Source of the DNA: Naegleria gruberi
Taxonomy: Eukaryota
Direction: 5' to 3' (one strand)
Assembly: GCA_000004985.1 (NCBI GenBank)
Contig: GG738852.1
Length of the DNA stretch: 64,000 nt
In this document: in pieces, positions 1-9,496 of the stretch
Numbering within the stretch: the first letter of the stretch is position 1
Layout: every line of letters begins with the position of its first letter
Notes under the pieces: generated by a model
Database searches by the model: none
What the model was told of the DNA's origin: nothing
The model's input: the letters and a program-made list of their open reading frames with translations, nothing else
Made by a program: the position numbers and the translations under genes

Positions 1-351
1 AATCTTCTTTTTAATTGTTTCAAATCCCGAATATTCTACAATGATCATCAATACACCATGAATATCATCACTTGGACAGTTAAATGAATTGTTTTGATAA
101 TAGTCAAGAATGTATTTCAAATATTCCTCCTTTTCTTTTCCAATTTCAACTACTATATCTTTACTTTTACCAAAACTTTCCATCAAAATGGGAGCATCCT
201 GCAAAACAGCCTGTCTATTCACCTTGTACTTTTTCTTGCTGGTACTCAATTCAATAGAACAGTCAGATCTTTCAAAGGCCTTCTTACGTGTAAAAGATAG
301 ACCCTCATTTCCTCCCAATTTATTAAAAGCATTTGTCAACCAACTGAACAT
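1..351 (-). CDS. Partial CDS (5' end only, continues past the window edge); unknown function
   Basis: Reverse-complement reading from ATG (revcomp of cat at 349-351) gives 117 codons with no stop (MFSWLTNAFNKLGGNEGLSF...DIHGVLMIIVEYSGFETIKKKI) and is still open at position 1. It is absent from the ORF track, presumably because it is truncated by the window. Confidence 0.4.
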   Translation of the reverse strand, partial: MFSWLTNAFNKLGGNEGLSFTRKKAFERSDCSIELSTSKKKYKVNRQAVLQDAPILMESFGKSKDIVVEIGKEKEEYLKYILDYYQNNSFNCPSDDIHGVLMIIVEYSGFETIKKKI

Positions 352-1195
352 TTTTCGGAGGTACTACTAACAGTAACAACTATTTTTGTGATGAAATGTT
401 CTTCTTGTTCGCGTGATGATGCTTTTTGCACGATCAATTTTTTTTTAAAAATAAATATTGCAATCAAATAGCAAGTTCATGCCAACAACACTTATTGTGT
501 TTTGTAAAGCAGTTCCTTCATAGAGTGAATATAATAATATTTAAACAAAGTTGTTGCTGTGAATAATTCCAGTATGAATTGTTGAATAAATTAAGTTACT
601 CACGACTCATTTGACTATTGAAACAAAGGAATGATTAAGTACTCCCTTTTTTTAATATCAAAACAGGTCAGACATGACACACTCTTCACTATCAAAATAA
701 ACAGTGGAATATCACTAATTTTCCATCTGATGGTCCAATGAGATAACTTTCTTTCTAATAATGACTTCTTTGCATCATAATCTATTCAATCTGAATTTCT
801 TAGAAAATGTTGATAAATAAGCATTTAACTATAATGTTACAACAGCTTAATAAAAATTGATAAATAGTTTAGTTGCATATTTATAATGACACCAATATAT
901 TTCAAATTTTGTAATGATTCGAATGAAAGAACTCAAAGTCTCCTGCTTCGTTGATAACATTCTTTTATGGTAACATCTCTCTCCATACAAAACACCTTTC
1001 CTCAATCAAACCCTTTCAAGGATTTTCCACTCCCTCCAAAGTCTCTCCATGATTACGTCCCATCAAAGACCATCAATTATAAAATATTTCATTGCCAACT
1101 CTCTAACTCCTCACTCTCCCTCACTTTTGAATACAAAGTATTGAATCAAACAAGCGTTCTTCAATCCAAACCATTACATCAATGATCATTAAAAA

Positions 1196-2626
1196 ATGTA
1201 CAAACCAAACAATAGCCAACAACCTTTGGGATTTGAGGTTGACAATCAGAGCAAGCTAAGAAACGAAGATGAACAAGAACGAATCAAAACATTTTTAAAT
1301 AATCGTTTGAATGAAAGTTTTGATGGTCATGGATTGTTTAATAGAAATTTTGATACTCCGTCACCATTTACAAGAGAACAACCTCATCATCATCAGGGAA
1401 GTGCATTGACATCCTTGTTGAAGCATCAATTGAAACAATCAACAATGGAGACAAGGCCTACTACAATGAATGAAATTCTAAAGATGGTCATGATGGCAGG
1501 TCCTCTTCCCTCATCCACTCTTGGATTACAACAGCAGAAGGATTCGGTAATGATTGATAAGTTGGGAAGTTATGCTGGCATGATTAATACTCAATCATCA
1601 CACGATCCACAAGTTATTTCAGATTTCAATGATCTGAAATCTAGAAGCCAAGTGTTGGAGAGGGAAATGAAACAAATTACTGAAATGTCATCGAGTCAAG
1701 ATAGATGTTCTCTTAAAGAATCTGTGCTTTCTGTATTGTATCAAATAATAGATGAAGTACTTTCGGATACAACCTCCTCTTTGCCACTCTGTTGGTCAAC
1801 GAGCAATTCTAACAAGGGTGAAAGTGCTGAACAACTCATCAAGACACTCAGTCTTAAATGGAAGAATGACTATCAACAATATTCCTCTAATAATTCCATG
1901 CAACAACATCTTTACCAATATCTTTCCAAACATAGTTTTTTAACGAATCAAGAACTGATAGATTTAATGGTCAATAGCCACAACCTGTTGGATACTGATA
2001 GCAGTATCAAAACATCTGATTCTCAAACCCTGAACAACAGCACATCCCAAAACATTCTCCAAATGGAAACCACCAACATGACAACAGAAGAGGAAATTTA
2101 TTCCCTCTTTCCTTCCGCTGAGGATTTTGATATGGTATTCAAATCGTTGGGAGAGTCTAGCAATGCTCCATTGATTATTTCACTTGATAATTCCATGGAT
2201 GATATTAAGATCACTAGCTCTGCTGGTGACTCAGTTGCCTCCTCAAGGTCGAATAATTCATCTCCACTTGGAACTCCTAATAACATTACTACTGACACAA
2301 TTGCAAACAACAATAGTCCTCCTTCCTTCGAAAATCCTTCCTCCACCAAACAACTAATTGTAAAAAAGACATCTCCAACAAGCTCCAAAACCACCTCCAA
2401 ATCATCCAATGTAGATAAGAATCAACTCTTTGGTTCCTTCCTGTTAAAAACCAGTTCTAGTTTTGATACAACCAAGATTTCAAAGACTAGAAAATCTTCG
2501 AAAAGTGCTCCAGCCCAACTTGTTGATAAACAAAAACTAGAAGTAGATTTTAGTCGAGGTTTTCTCAATTGGAACTGGAAAGAGCAACCAAAACGATCCA
2601 ACCATCACGAACCAGAAATTATGTAA
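1196..2626 (+). CDS. Hypothetical Ser/Asn/Thr-rich low-complexity protein (476 aa)
   Basis: Long intact ORF starting with ATG at 1196 and ending TAA. Low-complexity S/N/T tracts typical of this genome. No domain recognised by eye. Confidence 0.5.
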   Translation: MYKPNNSQQPLGFEVDNQSKLRNEDEQERIKTFLNNRLNESFDGHGLFNRNFDTPSPFTREQPHHHQGSALTSLLKHQLKQSTMETRPTTMNEILKMVMMAGPLPSSTLGLQQQKDSVMIDKLGSYAGMINTQSSHDPQVISDFNDLKSRSQVLEREMKQITEMSSSQDRCSLKESVLSVLYQIIDEVLSDTTSSLPLCWSTSNSNKGESAEQLIKTLSLKWKNDYQQYSSNNSMQQHLYQYLSKHSFLTNQELIDLMVNSHNLLDTDSSIKTSDSQTLNNSTSQNILQMETTNMTTEEEIYSLFPSAEDFDMVFKSLGESSNAPLIISLDNSMDDIKITSSAGDSVASSRSNNSSPLGTPNNITTDTIANNNSPPSFENPSSTKQLIVKKTSPTSSKTTSKSSNVDKNQLFGSFLLKTSSSFDTTKISKTRKSSKSAPAQLVDKQKLEVDFSRGFLNWNWKEQPKRSNHHEPEIM

Positions 2627-2902
2627 ATTATTAAATTATTAAATAAATTTAATTTGTTTTACAATGTTATCATTATTATAAAATTATTCAACACATTATT
2701 AATCAAGCTTCAACCAACAAATGTTTCTCCTTCAACAAATATTTTTTGCTCATCTCTTGAAACCTTCTTAGATGAACACCTGACTTCGGTAGTTTATCTT
2801 CCGACACTCCCTTTGTTGCATTAATTGATCATCTTTTTTTACATCGGAATAAAATATTTTATTTTATAATTTTAAAAAAAATTCATTATCCAACAACTAA
2901 CG

Positions 2903-4138
2903 ATGAGTTACGCCAACAGAGAACTTATTAAATCAATTGTTGATTTCTTATCAAAGGAAACCACTGAAGGCACTCAAGTTGCTGCCCAAATGCTCCGTGA
3001 TACATATCAAATTCCTTCCGAAGGAGCTAATACTATTAATTTGGAACAAGTTTGGAGATCAGGTTGCCAACAATTAAATATTGTTGATAATTCTAGTGAT
3101 GAAAAGTTCAAAGCTTTCATGAAGCAATTGGATTCTATGGGATATTTCAAGAATACTACAGCAACCGATACATATGAAATGCGTTATGAAAAGGCTAAAC
3201 ATAAATTCCAAGAAAAGATGAAGGCACACCAACAACAACAAGTAACACCATCCGTCGATGTTGAAAAGGCTGAAAAGGCAAAGGAAGAAGGAAATGAAAA
3301 ATTAAAGAACAAGGACTTTGATGGAGCTGTTGAATGTTACAAGGAAGCTATGAAGTTCAATCCAGAAAATCACATTTATCCAAGTAATATGGCTGCTGCC
3401 TACATTAGTTTGAATCAATATGAAAAGGCATTGAAATGTGCTGAACAATCCATCAAATTGAATGATAAATATGTCAAGGCCTATCAAAGACTTGCTCAAG
3501 CTCAAGCTAAATTGAATAAGAAGAAGGAAGCTATTGCTACCTATGAAAAGCTCATTGAATTGAATCCAGAAGCTGAAGTTGAATATAGAGCCAAGATTGA
3601 ACAACTCTCTGCACCTGCTACTGCTGCCAGTAATCCATTTGCTGGGCTTGGTGGAATGGGTGGAGCTAATCCATTGGGTGGCCTTGGTGGTCTCGGTGGT
3701 CTTGGTGGATTGGGTGACATGTTAAATAATCCACAATTCATGCAAATGGCCATGAATATGATGCAACAACCAGGTATGCAAGAAATGATGGGTAACATGA
3801 TGAGAAATATGGGTGGTGCAGGCGGTCTTGCAAACATGTTTGGTGGTATGGATGGTCAATCAGGTGTGCCAAACTTTGATGAACAACAAAAAGTTGTCAT
3901 GAATCAAATTTTGGAAGATCCAGAAGTTCAACAAAGTGACAAGCTCACTAGAATTTTCACTGCTGCTCGTGATGATCCACAAACTCTCGTGCAACATATG
4001 AGTGATCCAGAAGTTTCTGCTTTTATGCAAAAGTATGCCACTAAAATGTTCGGTGGAAATAATCCATTCTCATCAATGTTTGGAGGTGGTCCAAGAGATG
4101 ATAATGATAAGCATGACGATAGTAATATGTACGCATAA
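2903..4138 (+). CDS. Small glutamine-rich TPR co-chaperone (SGT-like) with Gly/Met/Gln-rich linker and C-terminal STI1/DP-like motifs
   Basis: The N-terminal dimerisation-like region (IKSIVDFLSKE...) and three TPR motifs (AEKAKEEGNEKLKNKDFDGAVECYKEAMKFNPEN...YVKAYQRLAQAQAKLNK) resemble SGTA/Sgt2. The linker carries a GGLGGLGGLGGLG repeat and NPQFMQMAMNMMQQPGMQEMM, matching the Q/M-rich SGT C-domain. The C-terminus has DPEVQQ...DPEVSAFMQKYATKMFGG DP-type motifs. Confidence 0.65.
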   Translation: MSYANRELIKSIVDFLSKETTEGTQVAAQMLRDTYQIPSEGANTINLEQVWRSGCQQLNIVDNSSDEKFKAFMKQLDSMGYFKNTTATDTYEMRYEKAKHKFQEKMKAHQQQQVTPSVDVEKAEKAKEEGNEKLKNKDFDGAVECYKEAMKFNPENHIYPSNMAAAYISLNQYEKALKCAEQSIKLNDKYVKAYQRLAQAQAKLNKKKEAIATYEKLIELNPEAEVEYRAKIEQLSAPATAASNPFAGLGGMGGANPLGGLGGLGGLGGLGDMLNNPQFMQMAMNMMQQPGMQEMMGNMMRNMGGAGGLANMFGGMDGQSGVPNFDEQQKVVMNQILEDPEVQQSDKLTRIFTAARDDPQTLVQHMSDPEVSAFMQKYATKMFGGNNPFSSMFGGGPRDDNDKHDDSNMYA

Positions 4139-4230
4139 ATTGATAATAAATTTTGTAATAACAACAAATTAGGAAAATTAGATTTATTTCTTTTTGATTT
4201 CTAAATGTCATTTAAAATTTAGCTCTTTTA

Positions 4231-7200
4231 TTAAGGCTTTTCAGGCTCAACAACGACTTCCTTTTGTGTGAAAATAATTCTTAGTCTAACTTTCAGTGCT
4301 GTATTGGTGCACTTGTCTAGTTCCTTATAGAATGAGGTCAAAAATTGTTGTCGTGAAGGTGGAGAGGTAGAATAGAGAATGTGGAATAAATGTTGGAAAA
4401 AGTAGAGAATTTGTTCTAACATTTCATCTTCAGATATGTCACCATCATTTTGTTTGAATAACGAAGTTGCAACAGTAGAATACTTTCTCTTCTTGGCAAG
4501 AATAATTTCAGGACAAACATCCCATTCAATAGTCAAAAATAAAAGTACTAATTCTTGGAAAGAGGATTCCAAAAGAATCTTCATTTCCTTGTCTTGAGCA
4601 GGACCAGAGTCAGAATTTGTCCACTTGTCACTGTGCAATTTTGGAATGAATGGGGCAAGTAATCTACAGACCATGTAGAATTGTTCCCTTGTCTCCAATT
4701 TAGAGGTTTGTGATTTTCTGGCTTTGGCAAGGAATTTTCTCAAACTAATAAATGATTCGTGACCTGAAGAGTACAGGAATGTCTGCAAGATACACAAGAG
4801 GCATTCAGATGGAGTTTTCACAACTTTTCCCATTTCGTGAGTATTTTCTAAGTCATTTACAAGAAGTGGATGAGGATTAGCATGCAAGAAATGCATGAGA
4901 ATGGCAAAGAGACAATCTGAAACTGATGGGGAGGTAGGAGTTGAGTAATTTGGAAGAGAGGCCAAGAACAAGCCAGTGGTATAGGAGCATTTGAAGAGTT
5001 GGTGTGGTGGACAGACTGATGTGTTCTGGATGAGACAATCCACGAGTTTGGAAATAATTTCTTGGAGAGTTAATGGCAAACACATTACTTCAATAATTCC
5101 AGCATTCAAACGCAATTCGAATGTATTGGAAAATTCATAGAAAATATGTTTTGGATTAATGTAGGTATGATTGGCTCTGGGTTCCTGAATTGTTGGCAAT
5201 ACTTCAGAAATATTGGTAATCAAAGTTAAAAAGTAATGAAGATCAAATGTTTGGTCTATATAGGTCTTTCCTGTCTTTTTGATAAAGTTTGAATCGTCCA
5301 CAGAAATTCCAAAGTGTGATTTGGCAACTGCAGAAAAGCTTGCATCCATATCAGATAACAGATACTTTTCATTCTTGCAAATAATGGTAAAGAGCATTTC
5401 CTTAATTTCAATTGGCAAATCAACATAGTAAAGTAGTAATTCCTTCACAAATGTCATTGGATAATCGTGGTAGGCAAATAATCCACCATACTTATCCAAT
5501 ATTTGACGTAAAAAGTCAAACAAATTCAATTCGCATAAACGTCTACAAATTAAATCAAGTATTGGAATCATTCTCAAGCAAATATTATTGTAATAGGATG
5601 GATTAGCATTCAAAAAATCATCTGTTTTCATTGCACCAAATCCTTCTGGATATTGGGAGTGATACTTGTGGTGAGCAGTGAAATTATCATTTACATCAAA
5701 CAAGTTAGGATTGCGATTAAGATCCAAGAATAAGTCAACTCTCTTGGAAAATTGATTATCAGTAATAATGAGGAGAAGAATATTATGGGCATACTTGTGT
5801 TCGATAGCCTTCTTTTCAGTTGAATCCTCTGTTGGCTTGTTTGATAGATTAGGATCTTCATTTTTAGCTCTATCAATGAGTGCAAGACAAACAGTTTCCA
5901 AAGGTAAAAATTCAAATTCCCAAATCAATTTAGTCAAAGTACTTGAGACTTGCTTAACTTTGACGAATATGGATTCATCTTGATCTCCTGATTCATTCTC
6001 TTCAGATAAAAATTCATCAAGTACATGGTTAATCATCTTGTAAACACTATCCACCAACAATCTTGGAGGAAGTAACATTGGTATCCATTTCTTCCAGAAA
6101 GCAACTTTTTCCTTACTAAATTCTTTCTCAAATACTCTGCTCCAAATAGCGCATAATAAATAATTAGAGTGTGGAATATTCTCAAGGTTTTTCATGGTGC
6201 TAACCTTATCTCGTTTATCCCAAAAGCTATCACAAAGGTTCTCTACCTTTTTGAGAATCTCTTTTGGATCTTCTGGTTTTTTAGGATCGTTTTTCTGTTG
6301 TGCTACTGTTGATGGAGCTTCTGTTTCAGTAATCTTGATATTCTCAAATGATGTTTTAATAAAGTCTGGGTAGAGTCTTGTCTTGGATGTTAGTTTTCCA
6401 AACTCTTCGACTGTTTTTCCACAAACACTCACCAAACGTTGCAATACCTTCTTAGATTTGTCAAGATTAGTTAATTTGATTGGAGACAATTTGAAAACCT
6501 TCATACAAGCACTTATTAAGGTTCTTTTGAAGGTTTCAGAAATTTTCTCTGGAGGTAATTTAGAGGCATTCTTATCGAAAAAGTGTACAACACGTTTAGA
6601 ATCTGTAATCAAGTACAACATGGCCTTGATACAAAAGTTTTCAAGTAATAAATAGAGACGGTGATGGTTATTTTCCAAGGTAGTATTACCAATGGCTAGA
6701 TAAATTTCAATGTACAAGTGGAAGAAAATGTCTCCACCAAAGTATCTCAAATATCTCATCAATCTAAAGTTGATAATTTCCAAAAATACATAATTACAAT
6801 GATTACTACGAGTCTTTCCTTCGAGAAGATCTTTGAAATTATTGACAGCAAATGGCAAACAGTACAGAGTTCTGGAGAGGGTTTCTACAATAGCAGGAGG
6901 AATGTAAGCTTCTGTAAAATTATCTGTTGTTGTTGGTTGAGAGTTGCCACCATCAGTTTTTGGTTGTGGGGGCGTAAGATTTTTCAGGCTATCACACAAG
7001 CTATCAAAGAGTCTGTGTCTGGCATGAACAGACAATACAAGAATCATATTTACACTGAGAGGAACAATTTTTCCTTCAAATGGATAGAACAATTCGATCT
7101 TGCCTGAATCATTAGGAATAGTTTTGATAGATTCGACCAGATCTGGCTTTTTCAAAAAATCAATTAAAAAGTCTGAACTTGGTTTGGTAAAGTATGAGGA

Positions 7201-9258
7201 AAGTAAGAATAATCTCTTCAACCCAATTTCATCGAGATTGTAAAGATTTTTACCGTAGGTATTTCTCCACTCTTCAAATTCCTTAATGTGGGCCTGATCA
7301 TCCTTGTTAAGACGTCTTAGGAGAATGTAAGAATAGTGAGTATTGATCAATTCTTCCTCACTTGGGCGCCACTTAGTATAATTCTTATCTTTCAATTCTT
7401 GTACGAGCTTGATGAATTCTCTTTCGCACAATGGATCATCAAAGAAACGTTTAGCTTCCAATACAGGATGTACTTGGAGGAGGAGCCAAATAATGAAATG
7501 ATCTTTCATATGATCTCCATATAATTCTACGCATTTTCTAATGCTTAACAACTGATAACTTGCTTCAACAGTTGGATCTTTTGAAATGTTAATAAAATTA
7601 CCCTTATGATGGAGAGTGGTTGAATCTGATAATTCATCTTCTCCAAATAATACTATTCTCATATTTAGCATTACTTTACGAGTAATGAAAGCGTACATTT
7701 GATTTGCCAATAAAATCCATTTTCCAATTATTCCCTTAGATACATCAGTAAAGATATTCTCTGCAGCTGGATACATGTCCTTTTCATCGAGTAATTGAAG
7801 AACTCTGAGCACAACAGCTTCATGAAGCATTTCTTTGGTAAAATTTGTTTTACACTTTTCCAATTCTTCTTGATTTTTCTTTTCGGTATTGTATTGAAAT
7901 TTCTTATCCAGAGCAGGAATTACTTCGAATGCATCACAACAAATATGTTGCGAGAGGGCACTGGATAATCTTTGAACTTTTCTAATCCATTCAGTAGAAC
8001 CTCTCTTTGGTGTAAAGAGTCCAAACTTGAAATTGATATCATTCTTAGAAGAGCTTCCATTATATTGCATTGCATGTGAATAGTCACACACAGGAAGATG
8101 TTGCAAAAATACGATTGATCTGGCATTTTCACAACACATGCTAAGCATCTTTCTGAGCTTTTGGGTCTTGACCTTTAAATCTTGAATAATGGAAAGTGGA
8201 AATTGAGTGGCAACATGTTTGGTTGTTAGGGAGTGCACTAAATTCATGAGCTTGTAGAATGGCATCATACTGGCAACTCTATAAACAAGGTCATTTACAA
8301 TATGCTTCAATTCTTCATCTCTTCCATTACAACTTCTATGATTAGTGCTGAGGAACATGATCATGACTCGAAAAACTACAACAAGAGTTTCCAAAATCAA
8401 GTGTTCATCACTTTTTCTAGAGGCTGATTGAGTTGCAAATTTAATACTATAAGTGCAAATACTCTTGAACATGTTGTTGATGAATGAGAGATACCTCTTG
8501 CAAATTTCAATGTCATAGTCAGATTTCACAGTCTTTGGCATTTCTGACATTATTTTCACCAATTCTGTAATGACAAAGTAAGCAGAACAGCTCACAGTTC
8601 CTATACATTCATGAGTTATACAATCATGTAAAAAATCAAATACAGTATCAACTTCATTTGGCTGCACAGTGTTATTAGGATTAAACTCGTAAGGTGAATT
8701 TCTAAATCCATTAACAAAAACATCCTGCATTTCATCATACTCGTAAGAATCCACTTTTTCATTCATTTTGGTAAATGTTGCAATTGATGAAAAATGTCCA
8801 GGTTGTTCCTTGATTGACTTGAAGAAGAGGGAAAGAAATGGTGGTAAAAAGCTTTTAAAGTCCACTTGTTCTTGTCTTAAAAATTCCAAGAGACAAGTAT
8901 TGGCTGTTGGTTTTGTTACGCTATTAGGTCCTAGAAGAAGAGAGGATTTTGGTATTGGTCCAAAAAGTACTTGATCCGGAAAATCAAGAATCAAACCACT
9001 ACTTTTTATCAAGTATATGAGGAAGGGAGAAATAATACTTCTCTTATACGTTGTGGTTACCATTTCATCACCGGGTGTATTCCAATTCGTAGAATATTCA
9101 TCCACAACATCAAGTGATGTAACTCTCAACCTCTTTTGTTCTGATGACTTGATATAATTTGGAAAACCAGTAGAATCATCCTTTCCACCTCCATTATTAT
9201 CATCCGAAAAATTTGAGTGATGACTACCACCATTGGTGAGGGATGATGATGGTAACAT
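4231..9258 (-). CDS. Large uncharacterised protein (1675 aa), probably alpha-helical/HEAT-like scaffold
   Basis: Single uninterrupted 5 kb ORF on the minus strand with ATG start (cat at 9256-9258). No catalytic motif recognised. Head-to-head with IFT81, sharing a ~240 bp promoter. Confidence 0.55.
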   Translation of the reverse strand: MLPSSSLTNGGSHHSNFSDDNNGGGKDDSTGFPNYIKSSEQKRLRVTSLDVVDEYSTNWNTPGDEMVTTTYKRSIISPFLIYLIKSSGLILDFPDQVLFGPIPKSSLLLGPNSVTKPTANTCLLEFLRQEQVDFKSFLPPFLSLFFKSIKEQPGHFSSIATFTKMNEKVDSYEYDEMQDVFVNGFRNSPYEFNPNNTVQPNEVDTVFDFLHDCITHECIGTVSCSAYFVITELVKIMSEMPKTVKSDYDIEICKRYLSFINNMFKSICTYSIKFATQSASRKSDEHLILETLVVVFRVMIMFLSTNHRSCNGRDEELKHIVNDLVYRVASMMPFYKLMNLVHSLTTKHVATQFPLSIIQDLKVKTQKLRKMLSMCCENARSIVFLQHLPVCDYSHAMQYNGSSSKNDINFKFGLFTPKRGSTEWIRKVQRLSSALSQHICCDAFEVIPALDKKFQYNTEKKNQEELEKCKTNFTKEMLHEAVVLRVLQLLDEKDMYPAAENIFTDVSKGIIGKWILLANQMYAFITRKVMLNMRIVLFGEDELSDSTTLHHKGNFINISKDPTVEASYQLLSIRKCVELYGDHMKDHFIIWLLLQVHPVLEAKRFFDDPLCEREFIKLVQELKDKNYTKWRPSEEELINTHYSYILLRRLNKDDQAHIKEFEEWRNTYGKNLYNLDEIGLKRLFLLSSYFTKPSSDFLIDFLKKPDLVESIKTIPNDSGKIELFYPFEGKIVPLSVNMILVLSVHARHRLFDSLCDSLKNLTPPQPKTDGGNSQPTTTDNFTEAYIPPAIVETLSRTLYCLPFAVNNFKDLLEGKTRSNHCNYVFLEIINFRLMRYLRYFGGDIFFHLYIEIYLAIGNTTLENNHHRLYLLLENFCIKAMLYLITDSKRVVHFFDKNASKLPPEKISETFKRTLISACMKVFKLSPIKLTNLDKSKKVLQRLVSVCGKTVEEFGKLTSKTRLYPDFIKTSFENIKITETEAPSTVAQQKNDPKKPEDPKEILKKVENLCDSFWDKRDKVSTMKNLENIPHSNYLLCAIWSRVFEKEFSKEKVAFWKKWIPMLLPPRLLVDSVYKMINHVLDEFLSEENESGDQDESIFVKVKQVSSTLTKLIWEFEFLPLETVCLALIDRAKNEDPNLSNKPTEDSTEKKAIEHKYAHNILLLIITDNQFSKRVDLFLDLNRNPNLFDVNDNFTAHHKYHSQYPEGFGAMKTDDFLNANPSYYNNICLRMIPILDLICRRLCELNLFDFLRQILDKYGGLFAYHDYPMTFVKELLLYYVDLPIEIKEMLFTIICKNEKYLLSDMDASFSAVAKSHFGISVDDSNFIKKTGKTYIDQTFDLHYFLTLITNISEVLPTIQEPRANHTYINPKHIFYEFSNTFELRLNAGIIEVMCLPLTLQEIISKLVDCLIQNTSVCPPHQLFKCSYTTGLFLASLPNYSTPTSPSVSDCLFAILMHFLHANPHPLLVNDLENTHEMGKVVKTPSECLLCILQTFLYSSGHESFISLRKFLAKARKSQTSKLETREQFYMVCRLLAPFIPKLHSDKWTNSDSGPAQDKEMKILLESSFQELVLLFLTIEWDVCPEIILAKKRKYSTVATSLFKQNDGDISEDEMLEQILYFFQHLFHILYSTSPPSRQQFLTSFYKELDKCTNTALKVRLRIIFTQKEVVVEPEKP

Positions 9259-9439
9259 TTTTTTATGTGTTGCTGATTTAAAATTATTGCATTTAAAAGT
9301 TGTTTATTATATATTTGATTTTATTATTGTATTGTTGGTATGGTGGTAAAGTTTTGATTTTATCTTGAATGAAATGAATGTGATTTTAAAATTAGGAATA
9401 AGAGAAATTCAAATTATTGTTCTCTATGAGTTTAACAAA

Positions 9440-9452
9440 TTTCCCGCCAAAA
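9440..9452. promoter_or_regulatory. E2F-like GC-rich motif TTTCCCGCCAAAA in the bidirectional promoter between IFT81 and the 1675-aa gene
   Basis: A GC-rich 9-mer TTTCCCGCC followed by AAAA stands out in an otherwise AT-rich intergenic stretch, 45 bp upstream of the IFT81 ATG. It matches the E2F consensus TTTSSCGC. Confidence 0.25.
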
Positions 9453-9496
9453 TCAAGTACAACAGAGGAAAACTACATCAAACAACACGTAAAAAA

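Noticed and set aside
9365-9496. N-terminal extension of the IFT81 ORF and other ORF-track starts at 10404, 17892, 24383, 29277, 46300 and 50806
   Set aside because: These starts are TTG/GTG codons accepted by the ORF finder. In each case an in-frame ATG is present at or downstream of the point where homology begins.
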